The notes: generated by a model not told the origin, from the letters alone. A stretch of DNA of 34,707 bases from an uncultured Desulfovibrio sp. (GCA_947176055.1 CAMWPE010000001.1:1-34707); one strand, 5' to 3'. Counted from the first letter of the stretch, positions 1 to 10,070 are shown. A program made the numbers and translations.

Positions 1-186
1 GCCCAGGATCATGTCGGTCCTTTCGCCGATGGCGCCTTCCCAAAGGGTATGCACGTCGGACGTGCAAATGGCCAGGGAGAGCGGACGGCAAATCGCGTCC
101 ATCGGGCCGCATTTGGGCCGGTCTTTCTCGATCCAGCCCGACTCGCCGATCTTCTTCATGGCGTAGCCTTTCATTTTCTCGCTCAT
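1..186 (-). CDS. adh: Zn-dependent NAD(P) secondary alcohol (isopropanol) dehydrogenase, N-terminal part; runs off the window edge
   Basis: Not in the ORF track; translated by hand: MSEKMKGYAMKKIGESGWIEKDRPKCGPMDAICRPLSLAICTSDVHTLWEGAIGERTDMILG. This closely follows the Thermoanaerobacter/Clostridium NADP-ADH N-terminus (MKGFAM..GWIEK..CTSD.H...EGAIGER..MILGHE). AAGGAG SD lies just upstream of the ATG at 186. Confidence 0.88.
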   Translation of the reverse strand, partial: MSEKMKGYAMKKIGESGWIEKDRPKCGPMDAICRPLSLAICTSDVHTLWEGAIGERTDMILG

Positions 187-426
187 AAATTCTCCTTAAC
201 TTATATTTATCAAGGATTCCGCGGCCGGAACCACTCCGGAGCGTTTTCCTCTTCCGGTCTTTCATTCGTCCGGAAGTATCCGGACGCTTTTAAAAATTAT
301 TAAAGTTTCCCGCCGATTGCAAGAGTCGCGGCGGAAAACCGGACGCGAGATTAAGCCGTGTTTAATTTACGCGCCTTTTCTTGCGCCCCTGTTCCCGCGG
401 CGCTAAACTGCGGCTGGGAGAATTGT

Positions 427-2406
427 ATGGAGACCGGCTTTTTATTCGAAATCGTCGTTATTTTCCTTCTGTCCATAGGCGTCGCCCTTGTCTGCAACCG
501 CCTGAAACTGCCCGCCACCGTGGGCTTTTTGCTGACCGGCGTTCTCTGCGGTCCGTCCGCCCTCGGAGTCGTGCATGATCACGAAGCCATCGATCAGGTG
601 GCGGAGCTGGGCGTGGCCATGCTGCTCTTCACCATCGGCATGGAATTGTCCGGCGAGGCGCTGAATCGCCTGAAAAAGCCGGTATTTTTGGGCGGAAGCC
701 TGCAAATAGGTCTTACTATAGCCGCTGTAGCCTGCGTCAGCATGCTCCATAGCGGAAGCTGGCGCCTTGGCGTTTTCTGGGGCTGTCTCGTCGCCCTCTC
801 TTCCTCCGCCATTGTCCTGCGCATCCTCCAGGAAAAAGGAACAAGCGCCACTCCCGCTGGGCGCCTGACTCTCGCGATTCTGGTGTTCCAGGATATCATG
901 GTCGCGCCCATGCTGATCTGCGTGCCTTTGCTCGCCGGCACACTGGATTTAAGCTGGCACAAGGCGCTTATATCGACATTAAAAGTGGTGGGCGCCCTGA
1001 CCGGCGTGTACCTTTTCGCGCGTTTTGGCTTGAACAGATTCATGGAGGCGGTGATGAAAACCCGCTCTCCCGAAATCGTCTTGCTGACCACCCTGGGCCT
1101 CTGTCTCGGTATGGCGCTTCTTACCAGCGAGCTGGGTATGTCCCTCTCCCTGGGCGCATTCCTAGCCGGACTGCTCCTGGCCCGCTCCCAATACAGCATG
1201 AGCGTCATCAGCGGCATCCTGCCCTACCGCGACGTGTTCATGAGCGTCTTTTTCATTTCCGTCGGGATGATGTTGAATCTAAATTATTTCGCCCAGCACT
1301 ATGTCCTTATCATCGCAGGAACGATAATCTTTATTCTCTTAAAATCTTTCCTGACCCTTCCCGCCGTGCTGATTCAGCGTTACCCCTTGCGGACGGCGAT
1401 TCTTGTGTCTCTCGTTCTCGCGCAGGTAGGAGAATTTTCTTTCGTGCTGGCCGCGCAGGGTCTGAACGCGAAATTATTCGATATGGACTCCTACCAGACT
1501 TTTCTGGCCGTCAGTGTGCTTACGATGATGCTGACCCCCGGCATGATCGCTATAGCCCCCAAAATCGCAAACAAATTTGGCAAGAAAAGAATCCGCCCCG
1601 TATCCGGGGAGAGCGAAGGCGAAAAGGAGATGGAAGATCACCTGATTATCGTGGGCTTTGGCATCAGCGGCAAGCATCTGGCCCATGTGGCTAAGGAGTC
1701 CGGCATCCCGTACACTATCCTGGAAATGAATCCGGAGACTGTGAAACGCTATAAGGACAAGGAGCCGATATCCCACGGCGACGCGACGCAACCGATAGTG
1801 CTCGAGCACCTGGGCATCGAAAAAGCGCGGGTTTTGTCCATCGTCATCTCGGATCAAAGGGCGGTCAAGGCCATCACCGCCCAGGCTAAAAAGCTGAATC
1901 CCAATGTCTGCGTCATAGCCCGGGCCCGCTTTTTTACGGAAATTCCCCAGCTTCGGGCCTTGGGCGCCGACGACGTGATCGCCGAAGAATTCGAGACCTC
2001 CATCGAAGTCTTCAGTCATGTCCTCGCCCAGTATCTCGTGCCCCGCCAGGATATCGAAAATTACGCGGCGCATTTTCGCCAGGCCAATTACAGGATGATC
2101 CGCCGCATGAGCGACGGCGTGGACGCGCTGGGCGAAGTGGCGGGCAGGTTGCCGGATATGGGCGTGCAGACAATGCGAATCGCGCCGGGCTCTCCTCTCG
2201 CGGGCCAGACTCTCGCCGAGTCCCGGATCCGGCCAAAATACGGCCTGACCGTGGTCGCGGTAATGCGGAACAAGGAAATTTTCCCGTCGCCGGCCGCCGA
2301 TTTCCGGCTCGAGGCCGGGGACATTGTCTATCTCTTTGGCAAGAAAGAAAAAATGTACAAGGCCAGACCGGCCTTTTCGGCGAAACCCGCCGGGGGAACA
2401 GCCTGA
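427..2406 (+). CDS. Monovalent cation:proton antiporter-2 (CPA2, KefB/KefC-like) with TrkA-N and TrkA-C domains
   Basis: Many TM helices with GxxxLLFxIGxE, LVFQD and AQVGEFSFVL motifs. IIVGFGISG Rossmann (RCK-N) and a C-terminal RCK-C. Start moved to ATG 427, preceded by GGGAG. Confidence 0.9.
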   Translation: METGFLFEIVVIFLLSIGVALVCNRLKLPATVGFLLTGVLCGPSALGVVHDHEAIDQVAELGVAMLLFTIGMELSGEALNRLKKPVFLGGSLQIGLTIAAVACVSMLHSGSWRLGVFWGCLVALSSSAIVLRILQEKGTSATPAGRLTLAILVFQDIMVAPMLICVPLLAGTLDLSWHKALISTLKVVGALTGVYLFARFGLNRFMEAVMKTRSPEIVLLTTLGLCLGMALLTSELGMSLSLGAFLAGLLLARSQYSMSVISGILPYRDVFMSVFFISVGMMLNLNYFAQHYVLIIAGTIIFILLKSFLTLPAVLIQRYPLRTAILVSLVLAQVGEFSFVLAAQGLNAKLFDMDSYQTFLAVSVLTMMLTPGMIAIAPKIANKFGKKRIRPVSGESEGEKEMEDHLIIVGFGISGKHLAHVAKESGIPYTILEMNPETVKRYKDKEPISHGDATQPIVLEHLGIEKARVLSIVISDQRAVKAITAQAKKLNPNVCVIARARFFTEIPQLRALGADDVIAEEFETSIEVFSHVLAQYLVPRQDIENYAAHFRQANYRMIRRMSDGVDALGEVAGRLPDMGVQTMRIAPGSPLAGQTLAESRIRPKYGLTVVAVMRNKEIFPSPAADFRLEAGDIVYLFGKKEKMYKARPAFSAKPAGGTA

Positions 2407-2534
2407 AGGCTCGCGACTTATAGCGTGTTTCGCCTGAAATTATCCCTTAACGGCGAGACGATTTCCTTTGGGGATAAATTCCCGCGCGGCTTGCCCCGCT
2501 CCGCTTCGCGCGGCGAAGCCCCCATGGCTAGTAA

Positions 2535-4184
2535 CTATTTTATTCGCCGCCCGCTTGAATCCGGAGGCTCGAGGACGATGAAATGGGGCGTTTCGTCGAT
2601 GATTTTCCAGTTTTTGCGAATTAGCTGGGGAATGCCGTAGGCGGCGCGCTCGTAATGGTCCGCCCGGACGGCGTCCATCTGATCTTTTTCCATGAAAATT
2701 TTTAATTCCTTGTCCAGGGCCTCTTTATAGAATTTTTCGATTTCGCCGTTTATTTCCCAATCGATGAGCCAGTCCGAGCCGTAAACGGGATAATCGGCGT
2801 TTAAAAAGTAGGAGAGTGTAAAGCCCGGCAGGGTCTTGTAACCGGGACCGTATTTGGCCCGCAATTGTTTGAGTTCCGCCAGTTTCGCGGCCATCTCGCC
2901 ATCGACCATAACCCCGGAAGCGCGCGGAAAGATCTCGCCCGCGTCGTATTTAAAATCGGAAAAATTCAAGGTCCGGATCGGGAAGACATAAGGATAGCGA
3001 TAACCGGCCCCAAACATGACGAGCCCGCAAAGGAGGGTCGCCCAGGCCAGCGCGTTAACCCTGGTCCGGAAAAGCGGCGCGAAGAGAAAGAAACTGAAAA
3101 CCAGCGGCGTCGCGAAGAAAGCCGGTATTTTGTAACCGCCGCTTACAGCTACCGACCAGGAGACGACGAGCGCCGCGCAAAGGCCGACGGAGCCCGCGAA
3201 TTTTTGCGGCGTCCGAGTCCAGGGCTCGAGCAGGCGACCTGGAAAAAACGCGGCGATTCCGCCCAGAATCATAAAGAGCGTGGGCCAGGAAGCGCCGAAG
3301 CCTATCCATGTTTTTTGGGCGAAGACATTATAGATATACCAGGCCGCGAGAAAAACAAGATAGACAAAACACGGCGAAAGGGGAGGCGGCGGAGATTTTT
3401 TTAAGAGCTTCAAGACGGCCCAGGGAAGGAGGGCGCAGAGGGGAATCAACCAGTTTTGCCGCAAGTAAATCAAGATTCCCGCGTCCAGCGCTTCGGCTAT
3501 GGCGAGTTGCCCGGTCGTCATGGCCCGGAACTGGGCGAAGGCGCCGTTGTATATTAGCCAACCTATGGCCAGGCCAACGGTAAGCGCGAGGGCGAAAACG
3601 AAATAACAAATTTTCTTCTTGCCGCTTTTGAGGACAATCAGGAGAATCAGGACAGCCGCGGGGACGAACAGGAAGGATTGTTTGCAAAGGAGGGCGCAAG
3701 CGGCCAGGATCCCCGCCGGAAAGGGATAGCCCGAAACCGCGGCCAGGAGCGACGCGGATGCGAACAGAACTCCGTCCGGCGTATGCCAGGGCATGGCCGG
3801 AAAGGAATGGACGCCGAAAACGAAGCCGCAGGTCGCGAGCGGGGGAAGGGACAGACGAAGTTTATTGAAATCGAAAATTTTGGCCAGATAGAGCGCTCCG
3901 AACCAGGAAGACGCCAGCATCGAAGCCATGAAGCCCAGTTTTCCGCCCAGAACGAGCCATTTTTCCGGCGTCGCCGCCATCCAGAGCGCGTGCCAATATA
4001 GAGGCAGGGCCGGTTTGATATAGGCGAAGTCGCGATAAGGAATCTGACCGTTCAGGACGCGCCACCCGTAGCCGTAAAAATAGCCGAAATCCGTCGTGTC
4101 CATGCCGTAAGGCGCGTAAAAAACCGCGTAAAATACGGGAATCAGGACGGCCGCGAGCCATGGAAGCGCGTTCTTCGCATTCAT
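2535..4184 (-). CDS. Polytopic membrane protein, putative GT-C-like (ArnT/PMT-type) glycosyltransferase
   Basis: 549 aa. First loop D.G....G.RVLNGQIPYRDF..IKP and an LLCKQ motif resemble GT-C proteins. About 12 hydrophobic segments and a soluble C-terminus. Confidence 0.55.
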   Translation of the reverse strand: MNAKNALPWLAAVLIPVFYAVFYAPYGMDTTDFGYFYGYGWRVLNGQIPYRDFAYIKPALPLYWHALWMAATPEKWLVLGGKLGFMASMLASSWFGALYLAKIFDFNKLRLSLPPLATCGFVFGVHSFPAMPWHTPDGVLFASASLLAAVSGYPFPAGILAACALLCKQSFLFVPAAVLILLIVLKSGKKKICYFVFALALTVGLAIGWLIYNGAFAQFRAMTTGQLAIAEALDAGILIYLRQNWLIPLCALLPWAVLKLLKKSPPPPLSPCFVYLVFLAAWYIYNVFAQKTWIGFGASWPTLFMILGGIAAFFPGRLLEPWTRTPQKFAGSVGLCAALVVSWSVAVSGGYKIPAFFATPLVFSFFLFAPLFRTRVNALAWATLLCGLVMFGAGYRYPYVFPIRTLNFSDFKYDAGEIFPRASGVMVDGEMAAKLAELKQLRAKYGPGYKTLPGFTLSYFLNADYPVYGSDWLIDWEINGEIEKFYKEALDKELKIFMEKDQMDAVRADHYERAAYGIPQLIRKNWKIIDETPHFIVLEPPDSSGRRIK

Positions 4185-4279
4185 GGCCCCTTTATGCCAG
4201 AATAGTCGTCGTCAGGCAAAAAGCGGGTATTTTACAATCGCGAACAAAAAATATATGCTGGGCCAAAACGAGGCTCCCA

Positions 4280-4756
4280 GTGAATGTCGCTCGCGAAGTT
4301 TTTGTATGCCGCAAATGCGGCCATTGTTGCCAGGGGAAAGGGGGCATAGCCCTGTCGGACAAGGATCTGGGGCGCCTGGCCGATCATCTGGAAACGACCG
4401 TAGAAAAATTTATCGAAGAATACGCCGAAATTTCCAATGGCAAATTGAAAATCCGTTGCGGCGAGGACGGCTATTGCGTCTTTTTCCGCGCGGGAACCGG
4501 TTGCGCGGCGCATGTCGCGAAACCTGACATCTGTCGCGCGTGGCCGTATTTTCGCGGCAATCTCGAAGATCCGGTCAGTCTCGATCTCGCGAAGGATTTT
4601 TGTCCGGGAATCAAAAACGACGCCGGTTTTGCGGAGTTTGGCCGCGCCGGACTGGCCTATCTGCGGGAAAACAATCTGGTCGCGACGGATGCGAAAAAGG
4701 GCCCGAATTCTCTTGTGATCGATATAAAAGCCGTAATGGCCAACTGGAACGAATAA
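4280..4756 (+). CDS. YkgJ/UPF0153 family cysteine-cluster (CxxCxxCC) protein
   Basis: CRKCGHCC ... CVFF ... C ... KPDICRAWPY ... CPGI. Likely GTG start at 4280 after GAGG. Confidence 0.85.
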   Translation: MNVAREVFVCRKCGHCCQGKGGIALSDKDLGRLADHLETTVEKFIEEYAEISNGKLKIRCGEDGYCVFFRAGTGCAAHVAKPDICRAWPYFRGNLEDPVSLDLAKDFCPGIKNDAGFAEFGRAGLAYLRENNLVATDAKKGPNSLVIDIKAVMANWNE

Positions 4757-5577
4757 TGGCGCCAAGACGTACACGCCAGTTAAGCGTCAAAGAATGCTAT
4801 GAAATACTGAAGCTGGAAAAGGGCGCGGATCTCCAGACCTTAAAGACGGCTTACAGGCGTCGCGCTTTCGAGTTGCACCCCGATCTGAATCCCGGCAATC
4901 CGGAAGCGGGACGGCAGTTCCAGTTGCTTAACGAAGCCTACGTGGCCTTGAGCGCCATCCTCAAGCCGGCCGCGGAAAAGAAAGAAAAAGCCGCCCAGAC
5001 CAAAACGGAAACCGGTCGTCAGGCCCAGGATTCCTCCGGTCCCAAACAGGAAGAAAAAAAGGAAGAGCCCAAACAGGACAAAGAAACCTCGCGGGCGAGC
5101 GCCGCTTACGCCGAACAGGACGTGTTGCGCGATCTCTTGAACGATCCTTTCGCACGCCGCGTGTTCGAAGATATTTACAGCGAGCTGGCCCGCAAGCATG
5201 AGCCGGAAAAAGAGCGGCCGTCGGAAGCCGCCCATAAACCAGCGCCGGAGAAAAAACCGGCGCCTCCGGCCGAAGCGCCGCGCAAGCCTGCGCCCTTATG
5301 GAACACCGGCGACGAAAAGGGCGTGGCCGGAATGTTGAAAGGCTGGTTCCGCAAACAGTTCGACGAAGAGCAAACCCTCAAAATGCCGGCCGCGCGCTTG
5401 CGCCCCGGCGCCAAAATCCGTCTCCAAATCCGCAAGGGTTTTTCCGAAGACGCGACCTCCGTGGAAGTGACCCTGCCGCGCGATTTTTCGGTGGGCAAAC
5501 CCATGCGCCTGCGCGGCCTGGGGAAAAAAATGGGCCGCTGGCAAGGCGATTTATACCTCACTATCTATAACGAGTAA
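4756..5577 (+). CDS. J-domain (DnaJ-like) protein with a partial DnaJ C-terminal domain
   Basis: YEILKL..AYRRRAFELHPDLNP..FQLLNEAY J-domain with HPD. C-terminal VEVTLP..G..MRLRGLG..GDLYL. ATG overlaps the upstream TAA (TAATG). Confidence 0.85.
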   Translation: MAPRRTRQLSVKECYEILKLEKGADLQTLKTAYRRRAFELHPDLNPGNPEAGRQFQLLNEAYVALSAILKPAAEKKEKAAQTKTETGRQAQDSSGPKQEEKKEEPKQDKETSRASAAYAEQDVLRDLLNDPFARRVFEDIYSELARKHEPEKERPSEAAHKPAPEKKPAPPAEAPRKPAPLWNTGDEKGVAGMLKGWFRKQFDEEQTLKMPAARLRPGAKIRLQIRKGFSEDATSVEVTLPRDFSVGKPMRLRGLGKKMGRWQGDLYLTIYNE

Positions 5578-7112
5578 TGCCGCCGACCCTGGCCCGCCGC
5601 TATTTCTTCAAGCTTGTTTCAAACCTGGTTTCCGTGCCCGTCTATTTAATCATGGAAGCCGTCCTGCCCCGCGCGCTGGGCCCGCGCGTTTACGGCGATT
5701 ACAATTTTGTAACCAGTATCTTTCAGCAATTTTCCGGCTTCCTCGATATGGGGACGTCGACCTGCTTTTACAACGATCTTTCCCGTCGCCCCAATGACGC
5801 GGGTCTGTTCGCCTTTTACCTGCGCGTCATGCTGATTATGTTCGGCGCGCTTGTCGCCGCCGGTTTTCTATTGCTCTGGCCGGAGGTCGGCGAGCTGATA
5901 ATCCCGGATATCCCCCTCTGGTACGCCCCCCTCGCCGCGCTCTGGGCTTTTCTTACCTGGCAGGGCCGGGTACTGCGCTCCATGAACGACGCGGCCGGCG
6001 AAACTGTCGCCTCCGAACTTTGGCGCTCGGCTATTTCTGTAGCGGCGGCGGCGGCCCTCGCGATCCTTTTCTTTGCGAACTGTCTGGATATAACAACGCT
6101 CTTCCTGCAACAGTACGCATTCCTGGGCTTGCAGGCTTTCGCTTTCTGGCGGATCATCCGGGCGTACTGGGGGAAACGCGACGTTATTGTATCCGCCTCC
6201 CTGCCCGCGGGCGCCGCGAAAGTTTACGGACGGCATTTTTTCGATTACTGTCATCCGCTGTTCGCGCAGGCTCTCCTCTCCTTCCTGGCGCTGACCTGCG
6301 AAAGATGGCTTTTGCAATGGTTTGACGGCGGAACGCAACAGGGCTTTTACGCGCTCTCCCAGAAGATCAGCATGGCCTGTTTCCTCTTTGTCTCCGCCAT
6401 GACCCCGCTGCTGACGCGCGAGTTTTCGATAGCCTGGGGCAAAAAGGACCTCGCCTCCATGGGGTCGCTCCTCTCCCGCTTCGCGCCCCTCCTCTACGGC
6501 GTGGCCGCCTACTTTTCCTGTTTTACCGTAGCGGAGGCGGGGGCCCTGATCGATATTTTTGGCGGCCCGGAATTCGCGGCCGCGGTCCTGCCGGCGCAAA
6601 TCATGGCTTTCTATCCCCTGTGCCAGGCTTATGGCCAGATGGCCGGATCGATCTTTCACGCGAGCGGCAAGACCAGGATACTCCGCGATATAACCGCTCT
6701 GGAATGCGTTTACGGACTGACCCTGGCCTGGTTGTTTATCGCTCCCGGCCGGCTGTGGGGTTTGAACATGGGCGCGGCCGGCCTAGCTCTCAAAACCGTC
6801 GCGGCCCAGTTCGTCACGGTAAATCTCTATCTCTGGCTCGCCGCCCGCATTGTCCCATTCCGCTTCTGGCTCAATTTGCGCCGCCAGTTCGCGATTGTCC
6901 TCGTCCTGCTCGCCGCCGCCTTCGCCTGTCGCGAAATATCGTCGCTCGTCGCGCCGGAAGCCTTTTTCCTGTGGCGTTTCATTCTTTCCGGCGTTCTTTA
7001 CACCCTGATTTACGGCGCGATAGCCCTGGCGTTCCCCTCCTTGTTCGGGCTGACGCGCGCCGAATCGCGCGAGCTTTGCGCCCGTTTCATGGCAAGACGC
7101 GAAAAAGACTGA
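5577..7112 (+). CDS. Wzx/MATE-like (MOP superfamily) polysaccharide flippase
   Basis: PRALGPRVYGDY..., LDMG, and G.YALSQKI signatures. About 12-14 TM segments. TAATG coupling with the J-domain gene. Confidence 0.8.
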   Translation: MPPTLARRYFFKLVSNLVSVPVYLIMEAVLPRALGPRVYGDYNFVTSIFQQFSGFLDMGTSTCFYNDLSRRPNDAGLFAFYLRVMLIMFGALVAAGFLLLWPEVGELIIPDIPLWYAPLAALWAFLTWQGRVLRSMNDAAGETVASELWRSAISVAAAAALAILFFANCLDITTLFLQQYAFLGLQAFAFWRIIRAYWGKRDVIVSASLPAGAAKVYGRHFFDYCHPLFAQALLSFLALTCERWLLQWFDGGTQQGFYALSQKISMACFLFVSAMTPLLTREFSIAWGKKDLASMGSLLSRFAPLLYGVAAYFSCFTVAEAGALIDIFGGPEFAAAVLPAQIMAFYPLCQAYGQMAGSIFHASGKTRILRDITALECVYGLTLAWLFIAPGRLWGLNMGAAGLALKTVAAQFVTVNLYLWLAARIVPFRFWLNLRRQFAIVLVLLAAAFACREISSLVAPEAFFLWRFILSGVLYTLIYGAIALAFPSLFGLTRAESRELCARFMARREKD

Positions 7113-7229
7113 TCAGTCGTCGCGCGACTCTTTATTTTCGCGGGGAAAAACTTTATATTGCCTTTGTTGATCCCGCGCGGAAAGAGCGACTCGCGGGATC
7201 TCTCGCTACGCGCTTATTACGGAAGCCTT

Positions 7230-7424
7230 ATGGAAATAATTATCAACGGCAAGAGCTCCGCCGGAGCTTTTAAAAACATAAACGATCTGCTTTCCCGCGA
7301 GGATCTCGATCCCAAACTCGTCGTGGTCGAGCTCAATGGCAAAATTCTGCCCAAGGAAGACTACGACAAGCCTCTCCGGGACGGCGACGCCGTGGAAATC
7401 GTCCAGTTTGTAGCCGGAGGCTAA
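7230..7424 (+). CDS. thiS: Sulfur carrier protein ThiS
   Basis: 64 aa MEIIING..VVVELNG..LRDGDAVEIVQFVAGG with C-terminal GG; precedes thiG. Confidence 0.93.
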   Translation: MEIIINGKSSAGAFKNINDLLSREDLDPKLVVVELNGKILPKEDYDKPLRDGDAVEIVQFVAGG

Positions 7425-7517
7425 CGAATCGGTCTCGCGCTCCGCGATTTCTTTTGACTCCGTCTCCCGTCCGCGAAGATGACGGCTTCTCAAATTCTTA
7501 ATTTTTACGGTAAGGCC

Positions 7518-8288
7518 ATGGAAGATCCATTGATTATCGGCGGAGAACAGCTCTCCAGCCGTCTATTTATCGGCACCGGAAAACTGGGCGACGACGCCCT
7601 TATTCCCCGGATCGCCGAAGCCAGCGGCGCCCAGGTCATCACCGTGGCCATGCGCCGGGTCGAAAAGGGACAAAAGGGGATAATGAGCCATATCCCCGCG
7701 GGAATGCGAATCTTGCCCAACACGTCCGGCGCGAGAAACGCCGAGGAGGCCGTCCGCCTGGCGCGGATAGCCAGAGCGGCGGGTTGCGGCGACTGGATCA
7801 AGATCGAAGTCATTTCCGACGCGCGCCATCTGTTGCCGGACGGTTACGAAACGGCCAGGGCTACGGAAACTCTCGCGAAGGAGGGGTTCGTGGTTCTCCC
7901 CTATATCAATCCCGATCTCTACGTCGCCCGCGCTTGCGTAGCCGCGGGAGCGGCCGCCGTCATGCCCCTGGGCGCGCCCATTGGCACCAATCGAGGTCTC
8001 CGGACGAAGGAGATGATCGCCATACTCATCGATGAGATCGACCTTCCAATAATAGTGGACGCGGGTCTCGGCGCGCCGTCCCACGCCTGCGAAGCCATGG
8101 AAATGGGCGCGTCCGCCTGTCTTGTAAACACGGCCATCTCCTCGGCGGACAATCCTCCCCTCATGGGACGCGCATTCGGCGAAGCGGTAAAGGCCGGCAG
8201 GGGCGCCTTTCTCGCCGGTCTGGGCGCGGTTCGCGGCCGGGCGGAAGGCGCCGTAGCTTCTTCCCCGCTTACCGGTTTTTTGCGCTAA
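7518..8288 (+). CDS. thiG: Thiazole synthase ThiG
   Basis: [32 protein letters not shown] and IVDAG.G.PS motifs. Start at ATG 7518 (7479 is an alternative). Confidence 0.96.
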   Translation: MEDPLIIGGEQLSSRLFIGTGKLGDDALIPRIAEASGAQVITVAMRRVEKGQKGIMSHIPAGMRILPNTSGARNAEEAVRLARIARAAGCGDWIKIEVISDARHLLPDGYETARATETLAKEGFVVLPYINPDLYVARACVAAGAAAVMPLGAPIGTNRGLRTKEMIAILIDEIDLPIIVDAGLGAPSHACEAMEMGASACLVNTAISSADNPPLMGRAFGEAVKAGRGAFLAGLGAVRGRAEGAVASSPLTGFLR

Positions 8289-8321
8289 AGCTTTTTATTC
8301 TTCATTTTCCCGGACTTAAGT

Positions 8322-9464
8322 ATGCGAAATTTTGAAGACGTTCTCGCCGCGTGGCCAGTAGCGAACCGCGACGAAATTATCGAAAAGACTACCAGGATCG
8401 ACGTTCTCCGGACTCTGGACAAAGCCGAATCGGCCGCCCTTTCGCCCGCCGATTTTCTGAAACTCCTCGCGCCCGCGGCGCTGGACGTTCTGGAAGACAT
8501 GGCCCGTCGCGCTCATGAGCTGACGCTGCGTTATTTTGGCCGGGCTGTCTCTATATTCACTCCCCTCTATATTTCCGATATCTGTACCAATCAATGCCGG
8601 TATTGCGGTTTTAATGCCAAAAACAAACAGCCAAGAAGACATTTGAGCGTCGAGGAAGCGGCGGCGGAAGCCTTCGCCATAGCCGATCAGGGTTTTCAAC
8701 ATATTCTTATCCTCACGGGCGACGCGCCCAAATTGGCCTCGCCTCAATATATCGCCGACGTAGTGAAAAGGATCCGCCATCGTTTCGCCTCCGTTGGCAT
8801 CGAAGTGTATTCGCTTTCCGAAGCCGAATATAAATCGCTCATCGACGCCGGCGTCGACTCCATGACCATGTTTCAGGAAACGTATAATCCGGAATTATAC
8901 GCCTGGCTTCATCCCGCCGGACCGAAAAAAGACTACAAATATCGTCTGAATGCTCCGGAAAGGTCCGCTCGCGCCGGTATGCGCTCCATAGGGGTCGGGG
9001 CGCTCCTTGGGCTTGAAGTTTTCGCCCGCGACGCTTTTGCCACAGGTTTGCACGCCTGGCATCTGCAAAGAACTTACCCCGGCGTCGAGGTGAGCGTGTC
9101 TGTGCCCAGGATTTGTCCTCACGAGGGCGAATTCGAGGTTGCCCAGGGCGTGGACGATAGGCAATTTGTCCAATATGTGACGGCCCTGCGCTGTTTTCTG
9201 CCCCGCGCGGGCATCACCTGCTCCAGTCGCGAGAGCGCGAACACGCGCGATCATTTGTTGCCTCTTGGCGTGACCCGCGTTTCCGCGGGAGTTTCCACAG
9301 CCGTGGGCGGCCGCGCGACGGAGGATCTGCATAATCCGGGTCAGTTCGAAATATCGGACAATCGTTCCCTCGAAAAGATGATGGCGGATCTGACGGCGCT
9401 GGGCTATCAGCCAGTTTTAAAGGACTGGGAAGATCCCGTTGTCCGGGAAAGCGCGGAGCATTGA
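8322..9464 (+). CDS. thiH: 2-iminoacetate synthase ThiH (radical SAM tyrosine lyase)
   Basis: FTPLYISDICTNQCRYCGF (CxxxCxxC), FQETY, HPAGPK, GQFEISD.R and YQPVLKDW; thi operon context. Confidence 0.93.
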   Translation: MRNFEDVLAAWPVANRDEIIEKTTRIDVLRTLDKAESAALSPADFLKLLAPAALDVLEDMARRAHELTLRYFGRAVSIFTPLYISDICTNQCRYCGFNAKNKQPRRHLSVEEAAAEAFAIADQGFQHILILTGDAPKLASPQYIADVVKRIRHRFASVGIEVYSLSEAEYKSLIDAGVDSMTMFQETYNPELYAWLHPAGPKKDYKYRLNAPERSARAGMRSIGVGALLGLEVFARDAFATGLHAWHLQRTYPGVEVSVSVPRICPHEGEFEVAQGVDDRQFVQYVTALRCFLPRAGITCSSRESANTRDHLLPLGVTRVSAGVSTAVGGRATEDLHNPGQFEISDNRSLEKMMADLTALGYQPVLKDWEDPVVRESAEH

Positions 9465-10066
9465 GCGTCGATTGTCTTCGCGATGGCCTCGCGCGTTATC
9501 TGCCGGAGGACAAGCGCGAAAAACTAGCCGCCGCTTCCATCGGAATCGCCGGAGCGGGCGGCCTGGGTTCCAATGTCGCTCTCCTGCTCGCGCGCTCCGG
9601 CATCGAAAAAATGTTGGTCATCGATAAGGATCGCGTAGACGCGTCCAATTTAAATCGTCAGCAGTATTGGCCCAGGCATCTGGGAATGAGAAAAACAGAA
9701 GCTTTGCGCGAGCTTCTCCTGGAACTCAATCCGCGTATGGAAATTGAGATTTACAACGACGAGATCGACGCGGGCAATTTGGATGCGCTGATCAGGAGAC
9801 GCGATATCTGGATCGAGGCTCTTGACGGCGCGGAGCTAAAAAGACGGTTCGCGGAAAGGGCCGCCGCGAGGGCGGCCTTTGTAGCCGCCGCCTCCGGCAT
9901 ATGCGGAATCGGGGGCGATCCATTAATGAAAAGAAAACTCGGGAATTTATTGATCGTAGGCGATTATCAATCTGATCTTTGCGACGCTCCCCCCTTCGCG
10001 CCCAGGGTAATTCAGGCCGCCGCGCTTATGGCGGACGGCGTTCTGGAGTACATTCTCGATTCCTGA
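9461..10066 (+). CDS. thiF: ThiF-family ThiS adenylyltransferase (short form)
   Basis: GAGGLGS and D.DRVDASNLNRQ motifs. TTG start overlaps the thiH stop. Confidence 0.88.
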   Translation: MSVDCLRDGLARYLPEDKREKLAAASIGIAGAGGLGSNVALLLARSGIEKMLVIDKDRVDASNLNRQQYWPRHLGMRKTEALRELLLELNPRMEIEIYNDEIDAGNLDALIRRRDIWIEALDGAELKRRFAERAAARAAFVAAASGICGIGGDPLMKRKLGNLLIVGDYQSDLCDAPPFAPRVIQAAALMADGVLEYILDS

Positions 10067-10070
10067 CGCC

